In this document: in pieces, positions 13,942 to 26,885 of the stretch | Layout: the number at the start of each line of letters is the position of its first letter | Position numbering within the stretch: position 1 is the first letter of the stretch | Assembly: GCA_004022145.1 (NCBI GenBank) | Contig: RCNU01000001.1 | Origin: Paecilomyces variotii | Lineage: Eukaryota | Length of the DNA: 64,000 bases | Reading direction: 5' to 3' (one strand) | Notes under the pieces: model-generated | Told to the model about the DNA's origin: nothing | The model's database searches: none | What the model saw: the letters and a program-made list of their open reading frames with translations, nothing else | Position numbers and translations under genes: made by a program

Positions 13942-14698
13942 TCTCACTGATATCAGGCCGACCCGGACTGCCACGGTGAACGACTGTAACGATCTTCTGC
14001 TGGAGGGATTTAAATTGGCGATCTTTTCTTTGTTTCGGATAGGTTTGTGTCTGATATTTGGGATTTTGGGCGATTTCTCCGTTCCTTGTTCACTGCGAGT
14101 ATTGGTGGAAGGTTTTGTTCCTCTCCGTTTCGATGATATCACCTGTGTTAACCGATTTCTTTGCAAAAAGTCTATACGTTTTAATCTCTCTCCGGTGCCT
14201 AGATTTCGACAGCTCGTAGGCCAGTGTGCCTAGAATCCTGGAGCAGCGCATGACGACAAGACGCGAGAGCTGGGAACGCAAGGTTTCTGAGAAGCCCATC
14301 TCGACGTTGCGGCTGATCTGAAGTCATGTGCCCATGGACGTTGTGTCGCAACTTGGGAGATCATCTGGACATGGCAGCAGCAGAACTCCAGAACCCCCTA
14401 TCTGGCAGCACAGCCACAATTCCGCCGATCTTTATCTCGCCGGGTTTCGACAGCCAAAACGTATTTCCAGGGAGAAAGAATACTGGTGCCGTTATGTCCC
14501 TTGGTTCCGCCGCCCGGGATTTACATTCCACCCCTTGAATGCTCTGTTGTCTCCTGCTCCTTCACTCCGCTGCTGAGACGAGGAATCCTTGCACCGCCAT
14601 GTTCCGCTCCGCCCCACGTTTTAGAGCGATTTCCTTGCCGCTTTTGCGACTGGCGCTGTGCGTCTGCCGGTCTATCACACTTCCCCTGACGCCAAAGC

Positions 14699-15720
14699 TC
14701 AGCAGAGAGCGCCACTGGGCAGATTGTGCATCATGCAAGGGCCCGTGAGTCGACTGGCTGCAATAGACCGGCCGTACGCGAGTTCCTCGGTCCTGACTGG
14801 CAGACGCTCCCAGCTTGCATTTCCAGCGAACTGCTGAGCTGTTCGCCTCTTGATTGATGCTTCCCCGGTCATGAGCCAGGGAACGGAGACCTTTCCCCAG
14901 ATTCTCCACGTGGAATCATGTAACCGTGGATTCAGGAGGTTGTCTAGGCCATCACAAAACGGACGACTGCGGATTTGTGGGTGTTGTACGCCAGGAGGGG
15001 CTTCAAGCCGGTATTCGTCCTGTGCGGCGTACGTATCGTCTCGTAAAGCCTCAATCACACCGGAAACAAGCCTAATCACCTGTAGCAGCTCCTCTGACTG
15101 GCCTCGTAGGATTAAATGGCCCTTAGATCACCCACATCCCTCCTGAATTTAGCCAATGGGACTGGGGATATCCTCTACTGCCCAGGACCTATCCTGGCTA
15201 ATCTACATAGACTTACCTGTTTTAGATATGATTCGGCTTTGAATCGTCCTTTACGGTCTCCTTCCTGTATTATTACCTCCATTGACGGAGCCACCGACTT
15301 GTTACTGCCATATATAGTTTCTTAGTCAGGAGAGGCCGGCCCTTCGTGTGGCCCGGTCCCTGGATATTTGACCCCGCTTCAGTATTAGGGCTAACTTGTG
15401 CCATCTTGTTTCCTAAAGTATTGACCTCCCCTTATAGACGTTGACTTGTTCTCTTTGATGTCTCAGGTAGGCTAAACCGCTTCTTATTACATTCAATAAT
15501 CACTAACTATTCTGTATACTACCCGGCCTTCCTCTAGGGCTATGTTGTGAATGTAAAATCTGTTTTATGCGCTTCTGCGCTGCTTTATATAGTATAGGTT
15601 GCTGTTCTATGCCTTTCTTGAACCTCAATTGAGCTATAATACGCCTATCTAGAGCACTCTGCTCTCTTGCTCCCAATCTTTTGGCGATTTCTCAACTAGT
15701 TTGATTCTAGTTATAGTTAT
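14699..15720 (-). pseudogene. Possible degraded (RIP-like) gene relic of unknown family
   Basis: An open ~140-codon segment (15121-14699) is in phase with an upstream CAG|GTAAGT donor at 15216. The upstream segment is TpA-rich with many stops. No recognisable domain. Confidence 0.25.
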
Positions 15721-16599
15721 GCTGATCAGGGCAGGACCAGCTATTCCTTTATTTTTTATTTTGTGTTTGAAAATCCTCTTATTCCGAAAGCTTGCGGTAT
15801 TAGAAACGTAGAAAGAAAGGTAATAAACATCGTTAGAAACCCTTGCGGTGTTGCGGTATTGGATGAAGAAGTTTACGTATCTGTACTATAGTATCTGCAT
15901 GAAGTCGGTAGGTCGGACCCGGAAACATTATAACGGTGAGGTTATCAGAATATTCGAATTGCGTAAAAAAAAAGAAGAACATCGAGATTCCTAATTGAAA
16001 GCGCTTTGTTGTCATACGGAGGATTGGGTTGTGATCGTTAGTCAATGGGGGCCGCGAGTCTATAAGAGATTACTAGCTATTGGAATAAAGTGAGATTCCT
16101 CAAGAATTTATATTGGCAAGGTTTGTAAACCAGGCAAGATAAGTTGATGGATGTAACCTAGAGAAAGAGTAGACATGTCTCTTCTATTCTATACCTAGGT
16201 AGGTAGTCATCGTCTCCAAATACTGGTCTGAAGTACTCGGCGCATTATGCACAGTAAACTAAAATTATACCTGGAACTGCCAAATTAATCTCGCTGCATA
16301 CATGGACAAGTACTTCCGTACATGGTACGAGCATAAAGCGTACGTCTCATCCTCTACAGACCCTTACATCCAGTTTCAATCCGATGCGAATGCCCTAGCC
16401 CTGTGCCCTAAGCCCTTGTCGTTTTTGAGGTATGTTTGATCTGTTTGCAAAGAGTTGTGGACAAGCGCGTCCTGGGCGGATAGCGGCTATTCAAGAGCAT
16501 AGAACCGCCATAAGATGTTCATATCTCGATAATTTTCTTTTGGAGACGAAAATGTGATCTCTATTCGTTTATGACTCCTATAGATATAGATATCTCACA

Positions 16600-17709
16600 A
16601 TGGCGCTGTTCAGTCCAAAACAGATCCTGAACACGTCATGGTCAGTCCATCGGCTTTCGCCGCTACATCACGGCAAGGAGTTTCCGACGCTCCTTGATAA
16701 TGCGACTGCTCTACAGACTTACGCGGACCGACTGAAGGAAACACTCACTGGAGACGTACTCCGTGGCGTCCAAGTCGGCGTCAGTGCCGCGGCAGCGGGC
16801 TATGATGACGCGCTTCTAAAAGCAGGACCATTACAACAATGCGCTTGGCGAGTCATGCCGACTTGGTCTCATTTCAGAGAAGAAGATGAGTCCTTACTGG
16901 ACGATCCGGAAAACATACAGCCATCTGTCCCGCCTGAAAATGCCTTTGGGATATTGATGATATTGGAATATGAGAATATCGTCTACAAGGCGGCACTCCT
17001 GGCCGGTCCGGATGGCTATCATGATGACCGAAAAGGGTCGACGTACTTACCAGTACTGCTTACACGTCTACCGAACTCGCTCAGACAGACGCTTATTTCA
17101 TTTCTGGCAACGAATTTCGATACTTACTGTACTGTGTTACGACTTCCCTCGAGTTTCCTGTGCACGGCCTTGGAGACGTATATTTCTGTATTGTCTCCGA
17201 CGCGCAGCAGATCTCGACCCTCTTCCTCTGACAGCATTCTTGAGGAAGTGTTGAAAGAGACGCAGCTGACGCTCTCTTTCTCATCACACGTCGCGCCGAA
17301 TCTGAGGACTCTCGACTTGAATCTGCCTCGAGCCACCGTCTCTACATTCGTTGCTGAAGGACTAAAGAATGTAAAGAAAGTCAAGAGTGGCCCGAGCCAA
17401 CAGAGGCCATTCTTGAGTTCATTATGTGCATATATCGATAAGCACCTCGCAATGAAACTCAGTCTAGACGACCAGTCCGCCGAAAAAGGCCCTAGCGACT
17501 ACGTGAAATTGACCAAAGTTGCATGCGGCGCCTTCGTCCTTGGCGCAGAGGGAAGAATGAAACTGGTGGCCGATCATGGTTATCCGGATTCGAGAACAGA
17601 GGATGACGATCCGGAAGAAATGAAAAACCGATTGCTGTTACGAGCAAATGAGGAGATTCTGCGCGCTCTAGTCCGCAGGGCCATCCCAGAACATAAGAAG
17701 CAGAATTAG
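16600..17709 (+). CDS. Kinetochore Sim4/CCAN subunit CENP-L (Fta1 family)
   Basis: Intronless 369-aa ORF with the N-terminal SWSVHRLSPLHH, LPVLLTRLP...FLATNFD and C-terminal VACGAFVLGAEGRMK motifs typical of fungal CENP-L. Confidence 0.8.
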   Translation: MALFSPKQILNTSWSVHRLSPLHHGKEFPTLLDNATALQTYADRLKETLTGDVLRGVQVGVSAAAAGYDDALLKAGPLQQCAWRVMPTWSHFREEDESLLDDPENIQPSVPPENAFGILMILEYENIVYKAALLAGPDGYHDDRKGSTYLPVLLTRLPNSLRQTLISFLATNFDTYCTVLRLPSSFLCTALETYISVLSPTRSRSRPSSSDSILEEVLKETQLTLSFSSHVAPNLRTLDLNLPRATVSTFVAEGLKNVKKVKSGPSQQRPFLSSLCAYIDKHLAMKLSLDDQSAEKGPSDYVKLTKVACGAFVLGAEGRMKLVADHGYPDSRTEDDDPEEMKNRLLLRANEEILRALVRRAIPEHKKQN

Positions 17710-18317
17710 GGATAATAGCCCAGACAACCTTTTTCTCAAGGTCATGGCTTAGATGGCGAGGTCATGCGGAGTTTATGTGTGTATAGCGTAATACCCTTTT
17801 ACTACATATCGAATTCGATAATGCGTGTTTCTTAAGGTATGATGGGGTCTGTTGCGTTCTGTACGGACACTATAGCTGCTTTCCTAATGAATGGTATTAA
17901 ACAGTCTGAAATTAGCTCTATTAAGTATGCAGACTGCGTATGTTGTCACGGATTCTCTCTCACTCCTTTCTGGCTGGCAAAGAAAAGACCTGGTTGAGAT
18001 TGTGGATTTCATAGCTTAAGAATTCCCGATAACCTCTGCCAGATATAGTACGTCTGGACGGCCGTATAAGGTGTGATGTGGTTGATATCTTTAGATGTCT
18101 TACAGGAGACTTGGGGTGATTATATGATTGCCCTTAAAGAACAATGACGGTATAGCACGGCTCGGAAAATTTATGCTATCAGTTCAAAACAATCCAATTC
18201 ACCAAATCCAACCCCAAACCATCGTAGTACCCCGATTTTATGCATGCATGCATGAGATCATATACATCATAAAAAGATAGTTTGCATCAACGACTAAGCG
18301 CGCTGCTTTCCCCATAA

Positions 18318-20915
18318 TCAGGGTTCGAATACGTTCTCCATCTCCGCCAACCTCAAGGCCTCCTCGACGCTTGGCACAAAATGACCGCTCCCTCCGCAGT
18401 AATCCACGATACCGCTCCTTTCAAACTTTTGAAAAACATCGCTTTTGGGGGTCGGGAGGCGACAGAAAAATACCCGCACTCCCTGATCGACGTATCCCTT
18501 GACTATTTCTGCTAGAACCTGCGTTCCAGATCCATCAATGCTCGTCACGCCGTGGACATCGAAGATGATGTTTTTATTATGTTCTGGTGGTCTGATCCGT
18601 GGAAGGGCAGGATGAGCTCGACTCGTGCCGTAATATTCAAGTCTGCGGAGACGGTTCTTCAAATCGCCAGTATTTGCAAAAGTGAGCGGCTCCGGAATCT
18701 TGACGATGAGAACGCCTTCGATAAACACCACATTTTCTGGATATAGCTCCGCGTTTTCGAACTGGTCAGGCTTGCCTTGTACCTTGCCTAAGATTTGGAT
18801 CCGAGGCTGTGTTGAGTGACGAACAAGACTAAGTATGGATAATCCCATCCCCAAAGCAATCCCGACCTCCAGCGAGTAAAATATGGTGACCAAGAAGATG
18901 AGCCCCATGAGCGTCAGCTCAGACCAGCCTCTTATGCGAATGAAGAAAAACACATCGTGGGGGCATTCTTCGACCAGAGAATAGGCCACCACAGAAATCA
19001 TCGAACATAACACTGCTTTCTGTAGATGGTCAGTACTGACCACGTCTATCAGGGCCTCGGATACATACCGGGAGGTAATATAAATATGAGAGAAAGAACT
19101 GGATGACGATAAAGGTGATGATACTCAAAAATATGCTGCTCATCGGGGTCCGGCCACCAGTGGAAGCATTCACCTTGCTTCGACCATATCCGCCAAATGC
19201 GGGGAGAGCCATAAAGCACCCTCCAACAACATTTGCGAGGCCTAGTGCAACCATTTCTCGGTTTGGACTAACGCTAGTTCCCTTGAGACCATCGGCAGCC
19301 CCGTCACCCAACCCTTTGGCAGCCACGGAGGACTCAAAAAAACCTAGAAGGGCAATGATGAATGAGGTACTCGTGGCAGTGCGTATATGCTTCATATGAC
19401 TGAGACGAAACGGCCATACAAATTGCAGCACCCCGTTTCCAACGCTTTTCGTTTCGCCTAGGATCTCAAGTCCTTTCTTGTCCCAGCCTAGCCGCCAGGT
19501 GAGGACGGCGCATAGAACAACGACCAAAAGACGGTCGGGGAAATAGGTAACTTGTGGATATCGCTTCTCAAGACGCCTCTTCACAACTCTGTAGTGTGCG
19601 GTCATTAGATACGAGTTGCCAGCCTGCCAGACAAATCAAGACTTACCGGAAAATCATGATGACTGCAAAACTACCAAAGGCCACAGCGCAGGTCAGACGA
19701 TGAGAGTAACTCGCATTCCGAACTAGGAAGGCCAATTTCTCAACTGTGCTTCCATGACTGACACCACCGACCTCCTTTGCCCTTTGTGCGAGACCCATTT
19801 CAGGGATTAGTTGATCCACAAATATCACAAATCCGATGGCCGTGATGAAACCTCTCAGGAACGGTCGGCTGAGGACGTTATCCAGGAATCCTAGTCGAGT
19901 TAGTCCGGCAACCAAGATCATGGAGCCCGCCATGCCGGTCACTACTCCGACTACTCGGGCACTTGCGACCAGATCATCTTCGTTTGAATGACCTCGATCG
20001 ACACTAGTTTTCACCATGGTCCCGACAAGCAGAGACCCAGCAGCCTCTGGTCCTACCACCAATTGCGGACTACTCCCAAAAAAGGCATAAACGAGTGGGC
20101 TGATCACAAAAGAGTAGAGTCCATTTATGGCGGGCGCATGGGCGAGGTTGGACGATAGAGACAAGGCCATGGGAATGTAAATCGATGCAAGAGTCAACGA
20201 CGAAAGTAGATCGCCTTGAAAAAAGGACCAGCGATATTGTCTGATCCAGTTAAGGAACGGAATATAGTACGACAGATACCTACAAGGTCCCTCTCCGTCA
20301 GCTCCTTGCACGGGACCGTAACAATCCTAACGGCAGACGATCACTACATCAAGGATGCACTTACATAACAGGGCGATATTTCACGCCATGTTCCAAGGCC
20401 AGTCTCTTCGTCGCTGATATTTCTTGGCTATCTAGTACAGAGTCTGTACGGCCAACAGGGAATTGAACACCGCTAGAGCCAGTCCGTGGTGTAGCCGGTT
20501 CTGAGTGATCTTCGGCTCCTGGAGCCTCTGGAAGAGAACTTACGCTACCAGCTCCATATCCATGCTCTGTCACAGCCCTAGGAGAAAATGTCCCATGATT
20601 GCAAGGACTGGTGCCGCAGACACTCTCCCGACGTGTGTATGACTCCAGCAAGCGTGTCCGCTCATTCGAGGCCTGAGAAGCTGATTCTTCGCCGGGACGC
20701 AGGTCGTGGGGTTCTGCTTCTTCAGAAGATATTGTTGAAGGGCCAGCTTGTGGTGAAGAACGAAAGATCTCGAAAATACGGTTGCGAAGTGATCGAGGCT
20801 CATCGGCCTGATGAGACCTGCTAGGTGTAGGGTTCGGCATCCCTGCGCCAGAGTAAGTAGAAGACGCTCTCAACTGGCTTGGACGATGAGGAACATAATT
20901 TCCGCCATCCGTCAT
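18318..20915 (-). CDS. SLC26/SulP anion (sulfate) transporter with C-terminal STAS domain (yeast YPR003C-like); 4 exons
   Basis: GDLLSSLTLASIYIPMALS, GSSPQLVVGPEA, NREMVALGLAN, FGGYGRSKVN, STAS motif IIFDVHGVTSIDGSG. ORF pieces 20361-20915, 19643-20311, 19030-19605 and 18318-19043 are separated by GT-AG introns. Confidence 0.92.
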
Positions 20916-21214
20916 GAGCGCAGGTCCGATATCTATGCGGAATATCGTGATGGAGCGAGTCTGTGCAGACGAACCAGCTGTACTGCGTGGGACAGTAGCC
21001 AGTATCAGTTAGCCAAAAGATAAGCGCGTAAACAATGCCGGAGAAATGGAAATCTAGAGCAGAAATCCCGCATTTTTGAGGGGAGAGGTCGAGCAAAGCA
21101 TCCAAGCCATCTGGGAAATCCAAATCGATGTTTGAAAAGCCCAAGATGAACCTAGACATTGTATCAAGACAAGATTATGCCGTTCCAACATATCGTGAGA
21201 CGGATGGGGATCAC

Positions 21215-21222
21215 CACGTGAC
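21215..21222. promoter_or_regulatory. CACGTGAC E-box (Cbf1-type bHLH site) in the divergent SulP / eIF2-alpha promoter
   Basis: Exact match to the RTCACGTG consensus on the reverse strand, in a 570-bp head-to-head intergenic region. Function is inferred. Confidence 0.4.
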
Positions 21223-21488
21223 TGCACGAGTGGTCGATATGGCAGCCCGTGATCTTTTCGGAGCGAAACCAAGTGGGTTCTCGAGGCCGCCACAAAGCGA
21301 TTTGACACTGCTTCATCCCACTCGCAAATTCCCCGTCACGCCGTTTACCTGGTTGTGTCGCGCGCCGTTCACCAACAGTCTCTATCGCCCTCAATAGACC
21401 AGAGATCGTCTCAGTCACGTTTGACTTCCTCGAGTGTGAAATTTTAATTCGCCAACCGCACGCCTCGGAAAGGCGCAACCCCGCCAAG

Positions 21489-22585
21489 ATGTCGTTGACC
21501 AACTGCCGTTTCTACGAGGAGAAGTATCCAGAGGTGGATAGCTATGTGATGGTGAATGTGAAACAGGTAGGCTGCCCTGCACATGTTCGAGGCTGCCAGG
21601 GCTGTTCTGACTTGGTGAACAAAATCTAGATCGCCGAGATGGGCGCATATGTGAAGTTGCTGGAATACGACAACATCGACGGAATGATTCTCCTTTCCGA
21701 ACTGTCACGAAGACGTATTCGAAGTATCCAGAAGCTCATCCGTATTGGCCGCAATGAGGTCGTCGTGGTTCTGCGTGTCGACAAGGAGAAGGGTAAATTA
21801 TCTCACGGCATGTCAAAAGCGGCATCTGGCTGACGTCCTTTCCAGGTTATATCGATCTGTCCAAGCGACGAGTGTCCGCTGAGGATGTTGTCAAGTGTGA
21901 GGAGCGGTATAACAAGAGCAAGGCTGTCCACTCGATCATGCGCCATGTCGCGGAGAAGACGAAGACCCCTCTCGAGACCCTGTACCAGACGATCGGTTGG
22001 CCATTGAACCGGAAATATGGCCACGCCCACGATGCTTTCAAGCTCGCTATCACGTAAGTGGCAGAGGCTATTCTGTGGTACTATCAACGGCTAATAGGCT
22101 CTAGCAACCCTGATGTCTGGAACGACGTCGAAGAATTCCCTAGTCAGGTCGTCAAGGACGAGCTGTTGCAGTACATCAGCAAGAAGCTCACCCCCCACCC
22201 CACCAAGGTTCGTGCAGACGTTGAGGTTACCTGCTTCGGTTATGAGGGTATCGATGCTGTCAAGGAGGCTCTCCGCACGGCCGAGGCCAACAACACCCCT
22301 GAGAACCAGGTCAAGGTTAAGCTGGTCTCTCCTCCGCTATACGTCTTGACCAGCCAGTGTCTGGACAAGAACCTGGGTATCCAGCTCCTCGAAGAGGCGA
22401 TCAAGAACATGGAGACGAAGATCAAGGCATCCGGCGGAGCCTGCATTGTCAAGATGGCGCCCAAGGCTGTTACTGAGCACGATGATGCTGAGCTGCAGGC
22501 TCTTATGGACAAGCGCGAGCGGGAAAACATGGAAGTCAGCGGAGACGAGAGCATGTCGGAGAGCGACGAGGGTGTTCCCGAGTAA
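21489..22585 (+). CDS. SUI2: Translation initiation factor eIF2 alpha subunit; introns 21567-21629, 21793-21845, 22054-22104
   Basis: [17 protein letters not shown] start, S1 domain with the phosphorylation loop [23 protein letters not shown] and [10 protein letters not shown]; all three introns keep the frame. Confidence 0.98.
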
Positions 22586-23463
22586 ATTGGCTTCCGATCT
22601 CTTTCGACGATTTCTCTGTTGTGATTTATGCGGTTTCTGAATGCGGATACATGAGAAATTTCGCGGGCTGTCGGGTTCCCTACATGACGGAGGAGTGGCG
22701 GCAAAAAGTGAAACGATTTCATGCATAGCATTGTTACTTTGATGGGAAAAAACAGGGTTGGTGACGTGGGTGCGTTCTCGATCCGGGTTGCATCAAGGGA
22801 AAATGGGATTCTAGACGGGACAAGTTGTCGTTGGTCCCCGGGGCTGTTTAGGAAGAAATGGGTTGATCTTTCAGAGCCTATCCATGTTCTTTATGCCATA
22901 TCCTCAGCTGTTGCTTTGTTCCTGGTTTGGCTTTGTACCTCAACCGGCGGTATTGACTCTTCCTTGGGTGCACGATACGAAGTAATTCCTAGAATCCTAC
23001 TGTATATATGTCGCTCTGGCGTATCCATCAGCTGTGCTAAGGAGCTCAAGGTGACTTCAAGGTGTAGAACTGTTAACGGTTACTCTTGCGATAATGGCGC
23101 CTCTGGACTGCTAAGAGTTCAATGATCATAAGGATAGCTGTAGATACGAATCTAGGCAAGAGGCAGGGCTCTGTAGAGACTCTCCAGGCCCTGACAAGAG
23201 CAAAGATATCCACGAGATTGTACTCGTATGAAGCCAAGCAGAACGCGGAGGCAAGAATGCGATCTACTTAGTTCGCGGAGCATCGAGCTGGCGCTACTTA
23301 AGCGGGACCAGATCGAGCCTTGGCAGCTGGAAATGAACTGGACACAACTGATAAACACGCCTTTTGTTTTTCTTTTGCTTCGCACTCCCGCCCTCTGCTC
23401 CCTCAATGGCCTTCGCCTTTCTCTCACTTTGATCAATAGCTGATACCCCGGGCTCTAAAAAGA

Positions 23464-25616
23464 ATGGTGCATTGGCGAGATGTCCTCAATGGGGACAACG
23501 AAGGGACTCATCGTATCCGCGAGGAAAGTCGGCGATGTACGTCATAAGTTCCGTCCCAAAGGATCGAGAATTAACGTAAACAGTGCTCCCTGCATACACA
23601 AGCGATCAGATCCCTCCTGCTCTGCCTTCCAAGGAGGTGACTAAGGTTGCGCTGCGATTGAAGCATCAGATCGAGCAGGTGATTCCCTGCGAGCTCGATC
23701 AGGATCTGATCGTGAAGCCGAACAGTCGTATCATCACAAAGGATGTGATCCAGACGGCCAAGGAAGCAGGTGGAGAGGAATACCGAGCATGTGCCGTCTA
23801 CTGTCTTCTCGTATGCCTGCGTTGGTTCAACAAGCAAGGTGCTGCCGAACTCTGGGATTCTGAACTCTACGGTTGTAGGGCGCTTGCGTGCGAAGTCATC
23901 GCAAAGCAAATGTATGTGCAGCAGTCCCCAATGCATCACGATCCCCTGATAGTTGATCAATGCTAATGTATTTATTTCAGAATCGAGAGCGAAGAGGACC
24001 AAGAATACCTGCTGCTGAAAGTCCTTCTCGAACGGTATTCGATTATCCGAGGCGGAGAAGAGACGGCGCCCTCCAACGTTGTAGAACGTGCAGTAGACCT
24101 CCGCGCGCTGAGGGTAATTGGCTCTTCTGGTTATCAGAAATGTATCAAGTACCTGTGGCATGGCTGGCTCTGGCAAGATGAAAACGACCCTACGAGCTTC
24201 GTTGAGTACAAGGGACGGGACAATACAAGCTACCGCGCTCACTTGGATCCGGATCGCATGCGAGCTCCGATCTACCAGAATGCGTGTCAGATATTCTTTT
24301 CACTTCTTTACCTTGCACTATACACAGGTGTCATCAATACAGTCAACCCATCGGGTGACTTGGACTTCGTGGAGTGTATCTTGTATGCAATGACGCTTGC
24401 GTTCATCTGTGATGAAATTGCCAAGTTTTGGAAGGTAGGAAGATACTACTTCGGATTCTGGAATGCCTTCAACTCGACACTCTACGCCCTTCTTGCGGTT
24501 TCCTTCTTCCTTCGGGTGATTGCTTTAACTCGCTCGTCGTCCGAAACTGACGAGACGAGGCGCAAATTCAACGAATTGAGCTACAATTTCTTAGCATTTT
24601 CAGCTCCGATGTTCTGGATGAGACTCATGCTTTACTTGGATACGTTCCAGTTCTTCGGTGCCATGCTGGTTGTGCTGAAAGTTATGATGAAGGAGAGTTT
24701 GATCTTCTTCGCATTACTCTTTTTCGTCCTGGTTGGCTTTCTTCAAGCATTCATGGGAATGGACCAAGCGGATCTTGGTGTACCTATCACTAAGTCGATC
24801 ATTCAAGGGATGGCCAACAGTATTATGCAGAGTCCAGAATTTGAGACTTTCGAAGATTTCGCATTTCCCTTTGGCATCATCCTCTATTACTTGTTCAACT
24901 TTGTTGTCATGGTTTGTATGTTTCCCTCCCCCTTCCCCATTTGTTAACTGTTGTGTCTTCTGTCGCTAGTCCCCTAACGGCATGTAGTGCTTCTGAATGT
25001 CCTCATTGCGCTCTACAACAGTGCCTACGAAGACGTTTCCGATAACGCGGTCGATGAATACCTGGGTCTATTCTCGGAGAAGACGATGGGATTTGTCCGA
25101 GCACCTGATGAGAACGTCTTCATACCACGTAAGCCCTCTCTTTGCTCCTCATTGTATGACTAAATGCTCAACTAGTTTGATCTAGCCTTCAATCTTGTGG
25201 AGATTATCTTCCTCATAATCCCATTTGAGTGGTGGATGCCTCGTGAGACCTATCAGCGCCTCAACAACTGTGTAATGGCAACTCTTTATGCTCCACTTAT
25301 CGTCATAATTGCCTGGCTTGAGAAGCGCGAGGCGCACCGGATCCGTGCCAATCGCCGCCGCGGTGAGGAGGACGACAACGTCTTAGAAGAATGGGAAGAA
25401 GCTGCTCAAGCCGTCGACTATGATAACGAGGAATGGGAACGCCAGGTTTCCTTGACGACGCCTAATGTCGCCGTTGACACAAGTGTCTTGGAGATCAGAG
25501 AGCTGAAGAACCAGGTTGCCATGTTGACGGAGCAGGTAAAAATGTTGACAGAGAGAAATACGACATCCACCAATGAAGAAGAAGTGAGAGAACAAATCGA
25601 TGATGAGACTAACTAG
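23464..25616 (+). CDS. YVC1: Vacuolar TRP-family cation channel Yvc1; multiple introns (first 23537-23583)
   Basis: VALRLKHQIEQVIPCEL, DPDRMRAPIYQN, FWNAFN, FFGAMLVVLKVMMKESLIFF, LLNVLIALYNSAY, FVRAPDENVFIPPFNL and a C-terminal coiled coil. Confidence 0.93.
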
Positions 25617-25896
25617 ATGCTGTCAAACGCCGTGGTGTGCAGTCGCCATGTTTACAATGTTCAGCTTATTTATGATGCTAGGATTTCTGAGCTGACGTGA
25701 TTACGAGTCTCATTATTTATGTGTATTTGGAGTCCAGCGTCTATTTCGGGCTTTGCTTCCATACTTTTTACTTCGTGTTATATCCATCGCAGATACAGGT
25801 CTCAAAATTCATGGTTTATATTAACCCATCTACAAAAAAAAACCACTCCTATGCCAAACCGTATCCACCCTCTAACCAAAACCAACAGTGTTAACC

Positions 25897-26885
25897 TTAC
25901 CAAGGAACAACCTTCATCTCCCCATTCACAAATTCCCAATATGACCCGCCCTCATACTTCCCCTCATCATCCCCCAATAACCTCACCACAACCTCCGCCC
26001 CATCCACCGGATCCTTGCCCTGGGGGAAATAATTCGAAAAAGCCGTCCTCAATACCCCTGGTTGACAAGCAAAATACCTAATCTTCGACTTCTTACTCTT
26101 GCTTTTCTCCTCCACAGAATCCCCTTCCTGCACACCATCATTCTCCGCGCCTCGCATATGAGCCGCAAGGCCACTCAACTTGCCCTTTCCCTCCAGAGAG
26201 CCCTCCTCCTCCGCCTGTACCCTATCATTCTCCACAACTTGCATATGAGCCGTAAGACCATTCAACCCCACCTTACTCGCCCCGTAGGGTACAGACCGAC
26301 CCATTTTCTTCGTCAATGCGTTCTGGATACTCCCCAGCCCAGAGGTGATGTTGATGACTTTCGGATCGGTCGATTTGTATAGAAGAGGTGTAAACGCAGT
26401 GCTGATAACTGCGACGGATGTGAGGTTCAAATTGAGGATTTCGTTATATGTGTTTCGGATAGTAGTCAGGGTCGCGTTTTCGTCGGGAGTACGACGGAGG
26501 ATTCCGGCGTTGTTGATCAGGACTAGTTTTTTCATTGGGGAACATAGTCAATTAGTTATTGAACCGGGGGCGTAATCAAAAAGATAGGTAGTTTACGACA
26601 CAGAAGGGGGTAAAAGAGTTACTTACCATCCAGCCTCCCATATCTAGTCATAACATGCTCCACGACCGCATATATCTGCTGATCATTGATCACATCTAAC
26701 TCAACCAGATCGATTTCAGCCATGACGCCAACATCTCTCAATTTCTGAACGGCCTCTTGACCGGCAGAGAGATCGCGACTGCAGAGGATATAAGTATTTT
26801 CTGGATAGCGAAGAGCTGCGACTTGGATGATTGCCAAGCCTAGGCCTTGATTTGCGCCGGTGCAGAGGATTACTTTGCTGGACAT
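25897..26885 (-). CDS. Short-chain dehydrogenase/reductase (SDR); one intron (~26523-26623)
   Basis: TGANQGLG Rossmann motif, GRLD|VLINNAG, catalytic NITSGLGS and YGASK, then PG motif. Confidence 0.92.
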
